Notes: generated from the letters alone by a model not told the origin. Positions 28,452 through 39,118 are shown, counted from the first letter of the stretch. The stretch is DNA of 64,000 nucleotides from an uncultured bacterium (GCA_965112635.1 OZ218778.1:1952001-2016000), one strand, 5' to 3'. Numbers and translations are program-made.

Positions 28452-29461
28452 TGAGAAAGTGTTCGCTCATAAATTTTGCCGTTCTATGGATAATTACATT
28501 TTTAGGCACGGGTAGTGGTCTGTGGGCCGACGAGACAGTTCAGCTGTCGATAGGCGAATCAAAGGTCATCTCCGTGAACTCCCCGCAAAAGGTGGCGGTG
28601 GGGGATTCCAAGATCGCTGATGTCCAGGTGCTTTCAGAAAAAGAGATCTTGTTGAGCGCCAAGGGCGCCGGCGTCACCAATCTGATCGTGTGGAACTCGG
28701 AAGGCAAGAAAGAAACAACGGAAATCACCGTAGTGACCTCCTCCCTGGAAAAAGTCATGGTGGAGATTGACGTGCAGGTGTTGGAGATAAACCGGAGCCA
28801 GGTCCAGGATCTTGGAATAGATTGGCCGACTGTTATACAAGGGAGCGGGCTTAATAGTGCTGGCATACCCTCAACTCCTTTAGCTATCCAGGAGCAGTCC
28901 AATCCTCCGCTTTTTAATTGGGGAACTTTCCAGCGGGGCAACGTGACCGCTTTGTTGGATGCGCTGGTCACCAAGGGTTATGCCAAAGTTTTGGCCAAGC
29001 CCAAGCTGCTGGCTGTCAGTGGGACCCAGGCTAGTTTTCTAGCCGGTGGAGAGGTCCCAATCGTCAACCAGGACTCCCAGGGTCATACTTCTGTGACTTG
29101 GAAACAGTACGGGGTTACTCTGGACATCGAACCCAATGCAGATACCCTTGGTAACGTCAACGCCCTGGTTCGGGCTGAAGTATCCAACCTTGATTCTGCC
29201 AATGCCGTGCGGCTTCCCAACGGGACCTATATGCCAGCCATCAGAACCCGCTGGGCTAAAACCAATGTTTTTGTCAAAAAGGGCGGGACCCTTATCATGG
29301 CCGGCCTGATTCAAGAACAGGAAATCTATAACACGGTTGGGGTACCGATCCTGAGCGAAATTCCCTTGTTAGGAGAGCTTTTTAAGACCCACCATGTCGA
29401 GCACCCTGAAACAGAACTGGTCATTTTTGTAACCCCCTCCATTGTGGGACAAAAATCATAA
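28451..29461 (+). CDS. Tad-type secretin (CpaC/RcpA-like)
   Basis: VAVGDSKIADV..G.TNLIVW N-domain; AKVLAKPKL..SG..ASFLAGGEVP, VPILSEIPLLGELF, ELVIFVTP. Confidence 0.9.
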   Translation: MRKCSLINFAVLWIITFLGTGSGLWADETVQLSIGESKVISVNSPQKVAVGDSKIADVQVLSEKEILLSAKGAGVTNLIVWNSEGKKETTEITVVTSSLEKVMVEIDVQVLEINRSQVQDLGIDWPTVIQGSGLNSAGIPSTPLAIQEQSNPPLFNWGTFQRGNVTALLDALVTKGYAKVLAKPKLLAVSGTQASFLAGGEVPIVNQDSQGHTSVTWKQYGVTLDIEPNADTLGNVNALVRAEVSNLDSANAVRLPNGTYMPAIRTRWAKTNVFVKKGGTLIMAGLIQEQEIYNTVGVPILSEIPLLGELFKTHHVEHPETELVIFVTPSIVGQKS

Positions 29462-29597
29462 CCATTTAGAAGGAAAAGTGGTAATATGAAACCCCCCAGA
29501 ATAGAATTAGCCTGTTTTTTTATCCCTAGTCTGAGGAGGCCGTTAGCCGGTTTTCGTTACCCTAAATGAGTTTGATTTTTTTCCGAAAGGGTTCTTT

Positions 29598-30602
29598 ATG
29601 TCAGAAATTCGTAAAAATATCGCGACTAAAGATTGGGTGGTCGTGCCCAGGGAACATCTGCAGCCTCCACAGGATTTTATCCAAAAGAAAGCAAGAAAGA
29701 GTTTGGTCAATCCCCAGGATTGCCCGTTCTGCCCGGGAAATGAGAGCCGCACATTACCAGAAACCCTGGCTTACCGGGCGATGGGCACTATACCGAATGA
29801 AAAAGGCTGGTGGATCCGGGTCATCCCCCATATGAATCCGCTGTTGAATTCGATGGGCGAGCTGAAACGGGAAGAGACGGCTGATATTTTTATTCAGTAT
29901 TCGGGTGTAGGTCATCATGAGAATGTCATTGAGAGCCCCAACCACAACGAGATGTTAGGTTTCATGGACGCGCGGCAGACCGAAGAGGTGTTCCTGGCCT
30001 ACAGGGAGAGGTATTTAAGCCTTAGCCGTGACAGCAGGGTCAAAATGGTTACCTTTTTCAAAAACCATGGCCCTTTGGCTGGCGGAAGCATAGAGCATTC
30101 ACACAGCCATATCGTGGCCATGCCCATGGTTCCGAACAGCACCAGGCATCACTTGGAAGAAGCCAGGAGATATTATGATGATCATGGGACCTGCGGTTAT
30201 TGCGACTCTGTGGAGGCTCAGTTGCGATATAAAGAGACCATCGTTTTAGAAAGCGAAGGGTTTGTCGCTTTTGAGCCTTTTGCCTCCATGTATCCTTTCG
30301 AGACCTGGATCGTACCCCGTGAGCACAAAGCTTCTTTTGGACAGGCCAAGACCGACGAAATCAAACACTTTGCCCATGTGGTCAACGAAGTGCTAAGGAA
30401 GATCCAGGCCGCCTTGTCCTATCCAGATTATAACTATTGCATTTTTACAGCGCCGGTGGATGAGCAGAACGCAGCACATTTTCACTGGCATATGCAGATC
30501 TTCCCCCGTTTTGAGACCGTGCCCTGGGGCGGCCTGGGCATTGGCATCAATGTCAACAAGGTATTACCAGAACACGCCGCTAAATTTTTCAGGGAAGTTT
30601 AA
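29598..30602 (+). CDS. galT: Galactose-1-phosphate uridylyltransferase-like (GalT/HIT) protein
   Basis: CPFCPGNE, IESPNH, FKNHG..AGGSIEHSHSH, PFETWI.P, FHWH. Confidence 0.8.
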   Translation: MSEIRKNIATKDWVVVPREHLQPPQDFIQKKARKSLVNPQDCPFCPGNESRTLPETLAYRAMGTIPNEKGWWIRVIPHMNPLLNSMGELKREETADIFIQYSGVGHHENVIESPNHNEMLGFMDARQTEEVFLAYRERYLSLSRDSRVKMVTFFKNHGPLAGGSIEHSHSHIVAMPMVPNSTRHHLEEARRYYDDHGTCGYCDSVEAQLRYKETIVLESEGFVAFEPFASMYPFETWIVPREHKASFGQAKTDEIKHFAHVVNEVLRKIQAALSYPDYNYCIFTAPVDEQNAAHFHWHMQIFPRFETVPWGGLGIGINVNKVLPEHAAKFFREV

Positions 30603-30617
30603 AAAACAATCAATCCA

Positions 30618-32588
30618 ATGAAACCTCTGAATATAAGCCATGTCCATGTCTTCCTCAGACAGGATGAGGTTACGCCAGTTTCGCTAGGAGAGTTTTACTC
30701 CCTTTACTGCAGCCGTAACCAGAACAAGAAAGTCTTGTTCATCAAGGAACACCCACAACTATCAGTCCTAACTTGTAAGGGAGGGCAGCATAGGGTTTTG
30801 TCCCAGATGCCCGCCTCTTTCCCTGAATGGAACCTGCAGTTGTTAAAGGGGTATTTCGAAAAGCACGAGGATAATTTAGACCTAGCAGTGGTTTTCCAGG
30901 ACAAGGCCAGCCAATCTCAGTTCTTGTGTGACATTGCCAGAATTTTGAAATTCCTCCAAGAGGCCTATCAGGTTATTGTTTTGGAAACGGTCTTGACCCA
31001 GGATAAATGGCAGAAAGAACTGTTATGCTGTGCGGATAAAGTCACCCCGGTGCTTACCCGCAAGGATGGTGGCAGTGATGACCACAAGTTATGGCCAAGG
31101 TCAGCAAAAAGCATTGTCCTGGGAAACGACGAGATCGTGGATGGAAAGAATCAATTGGTTCTCCCTAAAGGAGTTGATCAGACCTTGGTCCGTTTTGCGC
31201 ACCAGGAGATTACGAACGACCCCTTGTTGCAACATATTGTTGGTTTTTTGACAGTGGAAGAACAAAATCTTATTTCCGGAACTGGTGCGGCCAAACCGGA
31301 GGTTAGTTTCCCCCGTCTTACTGAGATGAAAAATCAGGTACACACTGAGTTGCTACAAAGGATGAAAGTGCGGCATTTGGATTGGGAATTAGTCCAATCT
31401 CCGAGCCGAGCCCAGGAGTTTAGAGATCAACTTATTAAGGTGATCGACGAGATCCTGGCGGAAGAAAAAAGTCAGGCGCTGGCTGGTGAGAAAGAGAACC
31501 TTAAAAAAGAATTGATCGACGATGTCTTAGGGCTTGGACCTTTGGAAGATATGCTGGCGGACGATGAAATTACAGAAATCATGGTCAATAGTAAGGATCA
31601 GATTTATGTGGAGAAAGAGGGCGCTCTTTATTTGACCCCCAAGAGGTTCCTGTCGGACGATCAGCTTCGGGCTGTCATTGAGAAGATCGTGACTCCCCTG
31701 GGCCGCCGCATAGACGAAAGCACTCCTACGGTAGATGCCAGGCTTAAGGACGGTTCGCGGGTCAACGCCGTTATTCCGCCGCTGGCTTTGAAGGGTCCCT
31801 GTTTAACCATCCGGAAATTCTCCAAAAACAAATTGACCGATAAGGATTTGATCAGGTTTGGGTCTTTGTCCCAGGCAGCGGCTGATTTTCTCAGGCTTTG
31901 CGTGTTTAACCGCAGGAACATTGTGATCTCAGGCGGGACGGGTTCCGGGAAAACCACCCTGCTCAATGTTTTGTCAGGGTTTATTCCAGAAAATGAGAGG
32001 ATTGTGACCATTGAGGACTCTGCTGAATTGAGGTTGTCACAAGAGCATGTGGTGTCTTTGGAAACCAGGCCTCCCAATATCGAGGGGAAGGGAATGGTCA
32101 CTATCAGAGATCTGGTCCGAAATTCTTTGCGTATGAGACCAGACAGGATAGTGGTGGGAGAATGCCGTGGAGGCGAAACCCTGGATATGCTTCAGGCCAT
32201 GAACACTGGCCATGACGGATCTCTTACAACGGCTCATGCCAACTCGCCGCGGGATTGCTTGTCCAGGTTGGAGACTATGGTTTTGATGGCTGGCATGGAC
32301 CTGCCAATCCGGGCCATCCGGGAACAGGTTGTAGGTGCAGTCCACTTCATTGTCCAGCAGTCCAGAATGGCAGATGGCAGCAGGAAGATCACTCACATCA
32401 CCGAGATAAGCGGTTTGGAGGGTGACAAGATCACTCTGCAGGATATTTTTATTTTTAACCAGAAAGGTTTTGATAGCTCAGGAAAAGTAGTGGGAGTACT
32501 CAAGCCCACCGGATTGATACCTAAATTTGTTGAGGAGCTTGGGAAAAAAGGTATTACTGTGGAAAGGAATATCTTTCAGGAAGGTTGA
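30618..32588 (+). CDS. cpaF: TadA/CpaF pilus ATPase with ~230-aa N-terminal extension
   Basis: GLGPLE.., ISGGTGSGKTT, TIEDSAEL, LRMRPDRIVVGECRG, MNTGHDGS. Confidence 0.9.
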   Translation: MKPLNISHVHVFLRQDEVTPVSLGEFYSLYCSRNQNKKVLFIKEHPQLSVLTCKGGQHRVLSQMPASFPEWNLQLLKGYFEKHEDNLDLAVVFQDKASQSQFLCDIARILKFLQEAYQVIVLETVLTQDKWQKELLCCADKVTPVLTRKDGGSDDHKLWPRSAKSIVLGNDEIVDGKNQLVLPKGVDQTLVRFAHQEITNDPLLQHIVGFLTVEEQNLISGTGAAKPEVSFPRLTEMKNQVHTELLQRMKVRHLDWELVQSPSRAQEFRDQLIKVIDEILAEEKSQALAGEKENLKKELIDDVLGLGPLEDMLADDEITEIMVNSKDQIYVEKEGALYLTPKRFLSDDQLRAVIEKIVTPLGRRIDESTPTVDARLKDGSRVNAVIPPLALKGPCLTIRKFSKNKLTDKDLIRFGSLSQAAADFLRLCVFNRRNIVISGGTGSGKTTLLNVLSGFIPENERIVTIEDSAELRLSQEHVVSLETRPPNIEGKGMVTIRDLVRNSLRMRPDRIVVGECRGGETLDMLQAMNTGHDGSLTTAHANSPRDCLSRLETMVLMAGMDLPIRAIREQVVGAVHFIVQQSRMADGSRKITHITEISGLEGDKITLQDIFIFNQKGFDSSGKVVGVLKPTGLIPKFVEELGKKGITVERNIFQEG

Positions 32589-32601
32589 GAAGGGCAGCGG
32601 A

Positions 32602-32895
32602 ATGAAAAAATGTCATGCGTGCGGGGCGGCGTGGGAGGCTAAGGCGCTGCAACCAGGCAGGGAAGAGACCTGTCTCAAGTGCGGAGCCGATCTGCACTGC
32701 TGTCTCAACTGCCGGTTCTACAGGCCCCGGATGCCCCAGCAGTGCGCCAGTCCGACCACGGACAATGTACAAGACAAGAATAAGAAAAATTTCTGTGATG
32801 AATTCGAGTTTTCAGTAACAAAAGTTGAGAGAATGAAGCATCTCCCCGAACGTAAGGAATTCAAAAAGAAATGGGATGACTTGTTCAAAGCATGA
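32602..32895 (+). CDS. Small Cys-rich (zinc-finger-like) conserved hypothetical protein
   Basis: CHAC, CLKC, CCLNC and NFCDEF; ATG at 32602. Confidence 0.7.
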   Translation: MKKCHACGAAWEAKALQPGREETCLKCGADLHCCLNCRFYRPRMPQQCASPTTDNVQDKNKKNFCDEFEFSVTKVERMKHLPERKEFKKKWDDLFKA

Positions 32896-32954
32896 CCATT
32901 TCTTAAATCCTGGGCATAAGTAATCCTTTGAAATAATAGGGGACCCAAATTATT

Positions 32955-34193
32955 TTAGGTTATTTGTTCAGCAACGGTCTCGTGTAGAACTTCTTCAATG
33001 GTAGTCAGGCCCTGTTTCCAGGCATTCAGGGCGGAGACCCTCAGAGATTGTATCCCCAGCGCCCTCGTTTTTGCTTTGATCTCGTTGAGATTAGCCTTGG
33101 CAAAAATAAGTTCCCGCAGTTCGTGGGTGATGGGCATAACTTCAAAAACTGCAAACCTTCCTTTATACCCTGTGCCAAAGCAAACAGGACATCCGGCTCC
33201 CTTGTATATAGTGTGACCTTCAATATCTTTGGGGGTTAAATTCAGTGAAACTAGCTCCTCAGGGCTTACATCAATAGGTTTTTTGCACTTTTCGCAGTTA
33301 CGCCTTAAAAGTCTCTGGGATATACACATGAGAACAGCCGAGCCCACATAAACATTGTCAATGCCCATATCCATGAGGCGTGCGATTGTGGAGGGCGCGT
33401 CGTTGGTATGCAAAGTGGAGAGGACCAAATGGCCTGTCAGCGCGGCTTTAACGGCAATATCAGCGGTCTCATTGTCGCGGATTTCTCCGACAAGCATGAC
33501 GTTCGGGTCCTGTCGGAGAAAGGCTCGCAGGACATTGGGAAAGGTCAGGTCAGCCTTAGGATTGACCTGGATTTGGATGATATCAGGTAGGCGGTATTCC
33601 ACGGGGTCTTCCACGGTCAGGATGTTTTTGGTCGGAGTTGTGATGGCGTTCAAGGCGGCGTAAAGGGTCGTGGTTTTGCCGCAGGCAGTAGGGCCGGTTA
33701 CCAGGACCATGCCGTAAGGTTTATGGATTTCCTTGTTCAAAGCCTCAAGCTGCTTTTCATCCAGGCCGATCTTATTGAGATCCAGGCTGATGCTCTCCTG
33801 GTCAATGATACGCATGACTAGGTTCTCGCCCCACAGGGAGGGTAGGGTGGAAACACGAAGGTCAATGATACGGCCATCCACCTCCAGTTTGAGGCGGCCG
33901 TCCTGGGGGTGGCGCCGTTCTAAAATATTCATGGTTGCCATGATCTTAAAGCGGGAGATTAGGGACTTTTTAAAACGCAGGGGTGGAGGGGGGAACTCGA
34001 TCATTTTCCCGTCAATACGGAACCGGAGAACCAGGTTTTTTTCAAAGCAGTTCAGGTGGATATCGCTGGCTCTTTTCCTCACAGCATCGCGGATCATATA
34101 GTTGGCCAAGCCGATGACCGGTGCCGAATCTATTTCTTCAACTTCGCCTTCTTCTGCTTCTTCGGGCTTAGCTTTCTCATCAATTATTTCCAT
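32955..34193 (-). CDS. PilB/GspE-family ATPase lacking N-terminal domains
   Basis: ASDIH, GPTACGKTT, EDPVEY, LRQDP, TGHLVLSTLHTND; tetracysteine site. Confidence 0.9.
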   Translation of the reverse strand: MEIIDEKAKPEEAEEGEVEEIDSAPVIGLANYMIRDAVRKRASDIHLNCFEKNLVLRFRIDGKMIEFPPPPLRFKKSLISRFKIMATMNILERRHPQDGRLKLEVDGRIIDLRVSTLPSLWGENLVMRIIDQESISLDLNKIGLDEKQLEALNKEIHKPYGMVLVTGPTACGKTTTLYAALNAITTPTKNILTVEDPVEYRLPDIIQIQVNPKADLTFPNVLRAFLRQDPNVMLVGEIRDNETADIAVKAALTGHLVLSTLHTNDAPSTIARLMDMGIDNVYVGSAVLMCISQRLLRRNCEKCKKPIDVSPEELVSLNLTPKDIEGHTIYKGAGCPVCFGTGYKGRFAVFEVMPITHELRELIFAKANLNEIKAKTRALGIQSLRVSALNAWKQGLTTIEEVLHETVAEQIT

Positions 34194-36632
34194 TTAGTCT
34201 CCTTCTGTGGTTACCCGGATGATCTCTTCTATGGTGGTCATTCCGGCTTTCCATTTTTCAATGGCGAGCTGTCTTAATGTTTTTAGGCCCTGTTCAGCGG
34301 CTTTTTGCCGTATTTCCAACAAAGTAGCACGCTTAAAAATAAGATTGGAAATTTCAGGCGTGATACGCATGATTTCATAAAGTGCAACCCGGCCTTTATA
34401 TCCGGTATTGTTGCAAGCCGGGCATCCTTTTCCTTTTTGGAGGGTTAAGCCTTCGATTGACTGGGAGGTCAATTGGATTTTTCTTAGGTCCTCTTCCTGA
34501 ATGGTCACCGGTTCCTTGCACTTAAGGCAATTGCGTCTCACCAGGCGCTGGGCGACTACCAGGATCAGGGAGGCCCCCACATAAATGGGATCCACGCCCA
34601 TATCGATCAAGCGGGCGATAGTGGAAGGCGCGTCATTGGTATGGACCGTACTAAAAACCAAATGGCCGGTAAGGGCCGCTTTGAACGCTGTTTCAGCGGT
34701 TTCCAAATCACGCATCTCACCGACCATCATGATATTGGGGTCCTGGCGCATCATGGAACGCAGGGCATCGGCAAAATCAAAGTCTATCTCATGGTTGATC
34801 TGGACCTGGATAACGCCCTGGAGCTGATACTCCACGGGGTCTTCAATGGTCATGATGTTGACCGAAGGGTTGTTCAGGGTGTTGAGTGCAGAATATAACG
34901 TAGTGGTCTTGCCGCTGCCAGTTGGCCCGGTCATCAGGATAATGCCAAAGGGACTTTTGATGGCCTTGAGAAAAATATCAAGTTCATGCGGTTCAAAACC
35001 GGCTTTTCCCAGGTCTAGGTTGAGACTTTCCCGGTCCAGGATACGCATGACGATATTTTCTCCATAGATGGAGGGGAGGAGCGAAACGCGCAGGTCAATG
35101 ATTTTGTTCTGGACCTTGATCTTGATGCGGCCGTCCTGGGCTTTGCGGCGTTCCATAATGTCCATCTTGGACATGTTTTTAATACGGTTGATGATGGCGC
35201 GCCTGTATTTCCAGGGCAATGGGGGTTCGGTTTGTAAAATTCCGTCAATGCGGTACCTCAGAACTACCTTTTTCTCGTAATAATTGACGTGGATATCACT
35301 GGCCCGCTTGGCTACCGCATTGCTGATGATAGCGTTGCAAAGGTTGATGACCGGGGCGTCAATGATAACATCACCTTCCAGTTCCTCATTCGTTTCCTTG
35401 AGGATACGGAGGTTGTCTTCTTCGCTATCCGATATGATCTTTTGCAGTTTGTCTTCCAGGGAGGCCAGTGATTCTCTTTGATGGGAGACCGAAATTTCAG
35501 AAGGCGTGGTGTCGTCCAGATTTTCAACCGTATTTTCTTTGGACATCTGCAAAAGGATGTTCTCGGCGCTCTTAGCCAGTTCTTCGTCCGGTTCCTGTTG
35601 CTTGGCCTGTTCTTCAGTATGGCGTGCAGCTTTGGGTGCGGTAGCGGCACGCCCATAGTGTTTTTCCAGGGCCCCTTTCATAGCCGTGGGAGTTGTCATC
35701 ATAAAGGTCAATTTGCCGCGGCCATGAAGGATAGACCATTGCTGTTCAAAGTCGTGCAAGGCGGAATCCGACCAGTCCGCCAGGGAAAAAGTCCAGCCGT
35801 CCTCATTTTTCTCAATGGGAATGATCTGGTATTGCAGGGCCGTCTTCTTGGGTATTGCGTCCACACATTCCGAGGCGATCTCGATCTGGCTGATGTCCAC
35901 ATAGCCCGTTCCGTGTTGGATGGCCAGAAAATGTGATAAGGATTCTTCGGAAATGTAATTTAGTTCAATAAGGCAATTACCCAATCTTTCGCCAGTTTGG
36001 CGTTGTTTTTCGAGCGCTTTTTCAAGTTGTTCCTCGGTGATCACATTTTCTTCGAGCAAAATTTGACCCAGAGCGGAGATCTTAGCGCTGGGCGCTGAGA
36101 TATTCACGATAGAGGCGGCGTCAGGGGCACTATTCTTTTCCGCAGTTTCGGTTTTTTCTTCTTTTGTGGCAGGTTTTTCCTCTTCTTTTTGAGTTTTTAG
36201 TTTTTCTATCACCGTATTGATGGCGGTTGGAGTTGCCATTGCAAAGACTATATTATGGATACCCTGGTAGTTCAGGATCTTCTCCAAATCCAATAAGCGG
36301 GCATCGGTGGGATCGAACACAGCCAAGGTAAGATTTTCGTTGTCCCAGCTGACCGGTACAGCCTTGAAATTGACGGCGGTTTTTTTAGAGGTGATATTCA
36401 ATGCGTCAGGATTGACCGAAAGAGAATCAGGTTCAATGTATTCCTTGTTGTAGTGGAAAGCCAGGAGGCGGGATAGCGCTTCTTCTGAGGCGAGATTTAA
36501 TTTTACAAGGGTGGCATAGAGGGACTCTCCGCTTTTCTGAGAAGCCTCCTTGGCCTCGTTGAGCTGGAGATCATCCACGATTTGTTCTTCAACCAGCAAT
36601 TCACCCATTGTATTTGCATCCAGCATTAACAA
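34194..36632 (-). CDS. PilB/GspE-family ATPase with two N-terminal MshEN/T2SSE_N modules
   Basis: ALGQILLEENVITEEQLEKALEKQRQTGERLG, GPTGSGKTT, TGHLVFSTVHTND. Confidence 0.9.
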   Translation of the reverse strand: MLMLDANTMGELLVEEQIVDDLQLNEAKEASQKSGESLYATLVKLNLASEEALSRLLAFHYNKEYIEPDSLSVNPDALNITSKKTAVNFKAVPVSWDNENLTLAVFDPTDARLLDLEKILNYQGIHNIVFAMATPTAINTVIEKLKTQKEEEKPATKEEKTETAEKNSAPDAASIVNISAPSAKISALGQILLEENVITEEQLEKALEKQRQTGERLGNCLIELNYISEESLSHFLAIQHGTGYVDISQIEIASECVDAIPKKTALQYQIIPIEKNEDGWTFSLADWSDSALHDFEQQWSILHGRGKLTFMMTTPTAMKGALEKHYGRAATAPKAARHTEEQAKQQEPDEELAKSAENILLQMSKENTVENLDDTTPSEISVSHQRESLASLEDKLQKIISDSEEDNLRILKETNEELEGDVIIDAPVINLCNAIISNAVAKRASDIHVNYYEKKVVLRYRIDGILQTEPPLPWKYRRAIINRIKNMSKMDIMERRKAQDGRIKIKVQNKIIDLRVSLLPSIYGENIVMRILDRESLNLDLGKAGFEPHELDIFLKAIKSPFGIILMTGPTGSGKTTTLYSALNTLNNPSVNIMTIEDPVEYQLQGVIQVQINHEIDFDFADALRSMMRQDPNIMMVGEMRDLETAETAFKAALTGHLVFSTVHTNDAPSTIARLIDMGVDPIYVGASLILVVAQRLVRRNCLKCKEPVTIQEEDLRKIQLTSQSIEGLTLQKGKGCPACNNTGYKGRVALYEIMRITPEISNLIFKRATLLEIRQKAAEQGLKTLRQLAIEKWKAGMTTIEEIIRVTTEGD

Positions 36633-36789
36633 CCCCGTTCTTTCGAGAAGTTTTTATTATTATAGCAGACCAAAGTATCCAACTGACAGTGATGGGAAGT
36701 TTGTGGGGGCCAGGGGCTTTTTATAGCAAGAAAGATGACCATGTGTTATATTTAACTTTGTAAATCGATGACATCCGGGAGGTTAAAAA

Positions 36790-37341
36790 ATGGGAAAAGT
36801 TAAGCAGTTTCTCCAACGATTTTCAAAAGAATGGACCAAAGTGATGTTTGCGCCTTTCCCCTTTTTTGAGGGCGTTGAGGCTGCTAGCTATCTCTATCCG
36901 CTCCTTTTTGCTACTACCTCTTTTGTTATCGCATGGTTTTTACATAGTTTGGTCTCCTTGAGCGGGGGTTTACTGACCGGCCATCTTGGTTTTTATGCTT
37001 TTAGTTCCGTAATCATTTATGGGGTATTTTGCGTTCTTGGAGCAGGTCTGACTTTTTTTGTTGCTTTTCTCCAGTGGGGCACAGCTAAGCTGCTGGATTG
37101 CCATATTGATACTGAACTGGCCTATGCCGTTGTGGCCTATAGCGTGGCTCCTGTAGCCCTGAGATTTGTTCCTGTCCTTGGTGTGTTCCTGCCTATCTAT
37201 GGGCTGGCTTTGAATTTTATAGGAATCAGGGCCGCCTATCAGCTTAGCATTCCTAAGTCCTTACTTATCCTGTTTTTACCCGTCATAATTGGATTAACCT
37301 TTGGCTGGTTGTTTTTAAGGTCGCCCCTGGGCGGTTTTTAG
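36790..37341 (+). CDS. Yip1-family membrane protein
   Basis: About five TM helices; VVAYSVAP..L.FVP motif; coupled to tadB. Confidence 0.6.
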   Translation: MGKVKQFLQRFSKEWTKVMFAPFPFFEGVEAASYLYPLLFATTSFVIAWFLHSLVSLSGGLLTGHLGFYAFSSVIIYGVFCVLGAGLTFFVAFLQWGTAKLLDCHIDTELAYAVVAYSVAPVALRFVPVLGVFLPIYGLALNFIGIRAAYQLSIPKSLLILFLPVIIGLTFGWLFLRSPLGGF

Positions 37342-38210
37342 TGTCTTGGGTTTTTAAGGTTTTTTTATCACTTTTTTCCCTGGCAACCATATATTTTCTT
37401 TCCATTGTATTTCTCGATAGTGGGCTCATCTGGTTTCAGAACATACTGAATAGTTTTCGTTCAAAATATGTTGCCAGAACCGAGCTGATCATGGATGAGC
37501 TTTTTATGACCTATGAAGCCCACCGTTTGATAGTCCTCAACGCCGCGTGTACCCTTGTTTTTTTCGTTTTACTTCTGGTTTTGGCGGGGAACGTTTTGGC
37601 GGGAGTGACTGGCGCTATTTTTGGTTTTGCCCTTCCCCAATTGGTATTGAAAAAAATAAAACGCGACAGGATGAAAAAATTTGACCAGCAACTGGTCCGG
37701 GCAGCCGAAAGCATGGCCGGCGCTCTCAAGGCAGGCCATTCCTTTTTGCAGGCCCTGACCCTAGTCGCTGAAGAAATGGCCCCGCCCATCAAGGACGAAT
37801 TCAAGTTGTTCTTAAAAGAGAACCGGCTTGGGCTGTCCCTTGACGACAGCCTGAGACGAATGGCCGGTAGAGTGAAAAGCCCCGACCTGGAAATCCTGGT
37901 GACGGCGATACTGGTCAGCCGCCAGACAGGAGCAAATTTGGCGGAGATCCTCGTGGAAATCGCTGCATCGCTTCGGGATAGGTATAAACTCCAGGGCCAA
38001 GTCAAGGCGCTCACGGCGCAAGCCAGGCTGTCAGGGTTGGTGGTCGGACTTTTACCGATTTTGATGGGGATTGTCATTTATTTGGTGGATCCTGATTTGA
38101 TACATCCCCTTTTTAGCACTGTCATAGGCAAGGCGGTTTTGGGGATCAGCGTGGTCATGGAATTTTTAGGTTGGCTCTGGATCATGAGGCTGCTTGCCGT
38201 TGATTTTTAG
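37341..38210 (+). CDS. tadB: Tad pilus platform protein TadB (T2SSF family)
   Basis: FDQQL..A...MAGALKAGHS, QTGANLAEIL, VKALTAQARLSG. Confidence 0.9.
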   Translation: MSWVFKVFLSLFSLATIYFLSIVFLDSGLIWFQNILNSFRSKYVARTELIMDELFMTYEAHRLIVLNAACTLVFFVLLLVLAGNVLAGVTGAIFGFALPQLVLKKIKRDRMKKFDQQLVRAAESMAGALKAGHSFLQALTLVAEEMAPPIKDEFKLFLKENRLGLSLDDSLRRMAGRVKSPDLEILVTAILVSRQTGANLAEILVEIAASLRDRYKLQGQVKALTAQARLSGLVVGLLPILMGIVIYLVDPDLIHPLFSTVIGKAVLGISVVMEFLGWLWIMRLLAVDF

Positions 38211-38212
38211 AC

Positions 38213-39118
38213 TTGAGGGTGGAGGCTGAGTTGAAAGTTGTTTTGGCTTTATGGATAGGGGCGGCGGTTTTTTCCGTTTTCCTGCTGTTCATAAAAGGAT
38301 TTGGAGATATTTTAGCCAATTTGGTGGAGCTTAGAAAAAAATTCCTGGCCAAGCCGGAGCGGCCGGACCCCGCAGCTTTAAAGGGGGACGTAAAGAAAGT
38401 CCTTCAATGGGGCGCGATTTTGCACTCCAGGATCCGGCTTACGCGATATCGCGATTTTACGGGCAGGAAAATCTTCCTGGCAGGGCTTGATCAGCTTATA
38501 GGTTTTGAAGAGTTCTTGTTCCTCAAAGAGATCGCGGTTTTGTTGGTCTTCGTCCTGTCATGGTTGATCGCAGGGGACATCGTCGGGATTTGGGTGTGCT
38601 TGCTGGCCGGATTTGGATCTTTTTGGCTGCCGGATCTATGGCTGAACGAAAAAGTCATGACAAGAAAACGGGCCTTATTGAAGGCGCTTCCAAATGGTTT
38701 GGACCTATTGACCGCTTGTGTGGAGGCGGGATTAGGGTTTGATGCGGCATTATCCATCGTGGCCGAGACCGATCCCAAGAGCCGTTTGGGAGAGGAGATT
38801 TTGCAGACCCTTCAGGAGATTAAGCTGGGCAAAACACGGAAAGACGCCTTGAAAGCCATGGCGGATCGCGTCGACCTACAGGAATTCACCTCTTTGGTCC
38901 AGTCCTTATTACAGGCAGACCGATTAGGAACAAGTATGGGCGGTATTTTGAGGATGCAGTCCGAAGAGTTACGATTAAAAAGGAGGCAAAGAGCAGAAAA
39001 GCTGGCCCTGGAAGCGCCGGTCAAGCTTTTGTTCCCTTTATTGCTGTGTATTTTCCCGGTGGTTTTCCTTATTATTTTCACGCCGGTCGTTCTACAGTTG
39101 ATGGAAAGTTTTAAGTAA
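38213..39118 (+). CDS. tadC: Tad pilus platform protein TadC
   Basis: LPNGLDLL..CVEAGLGFDAAL, QRAEKLA..APVKLLFPL..CIFP. Confidence 0.9.
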   Translation: MRVEAELKVVLALWIGAAVFSVFLLFIKGFGDILANLVELRKKFLAKPERPDPAALKGDVKKVLQWGAILHSRIRLTRYRDFTGRKIFLAGLDQLIGFEEFLFLKEIAVLLVFVLSWLIAGDIVGIWVCLLAGFGSFWLPDLWLNEKVMTRKRALLKALPNGLDLLTACVEAGLGFDAALSIVAETDPKSRLGEEILQTLQEIKLGKTRKDALKAMADRVDLQEFTSLVQSLLQADRLGTSMGGILRMQSEELRLKRRQRAEKLALEAPVKLLFPLLLCIFPVVFLIIFTPVVLQLMESFK

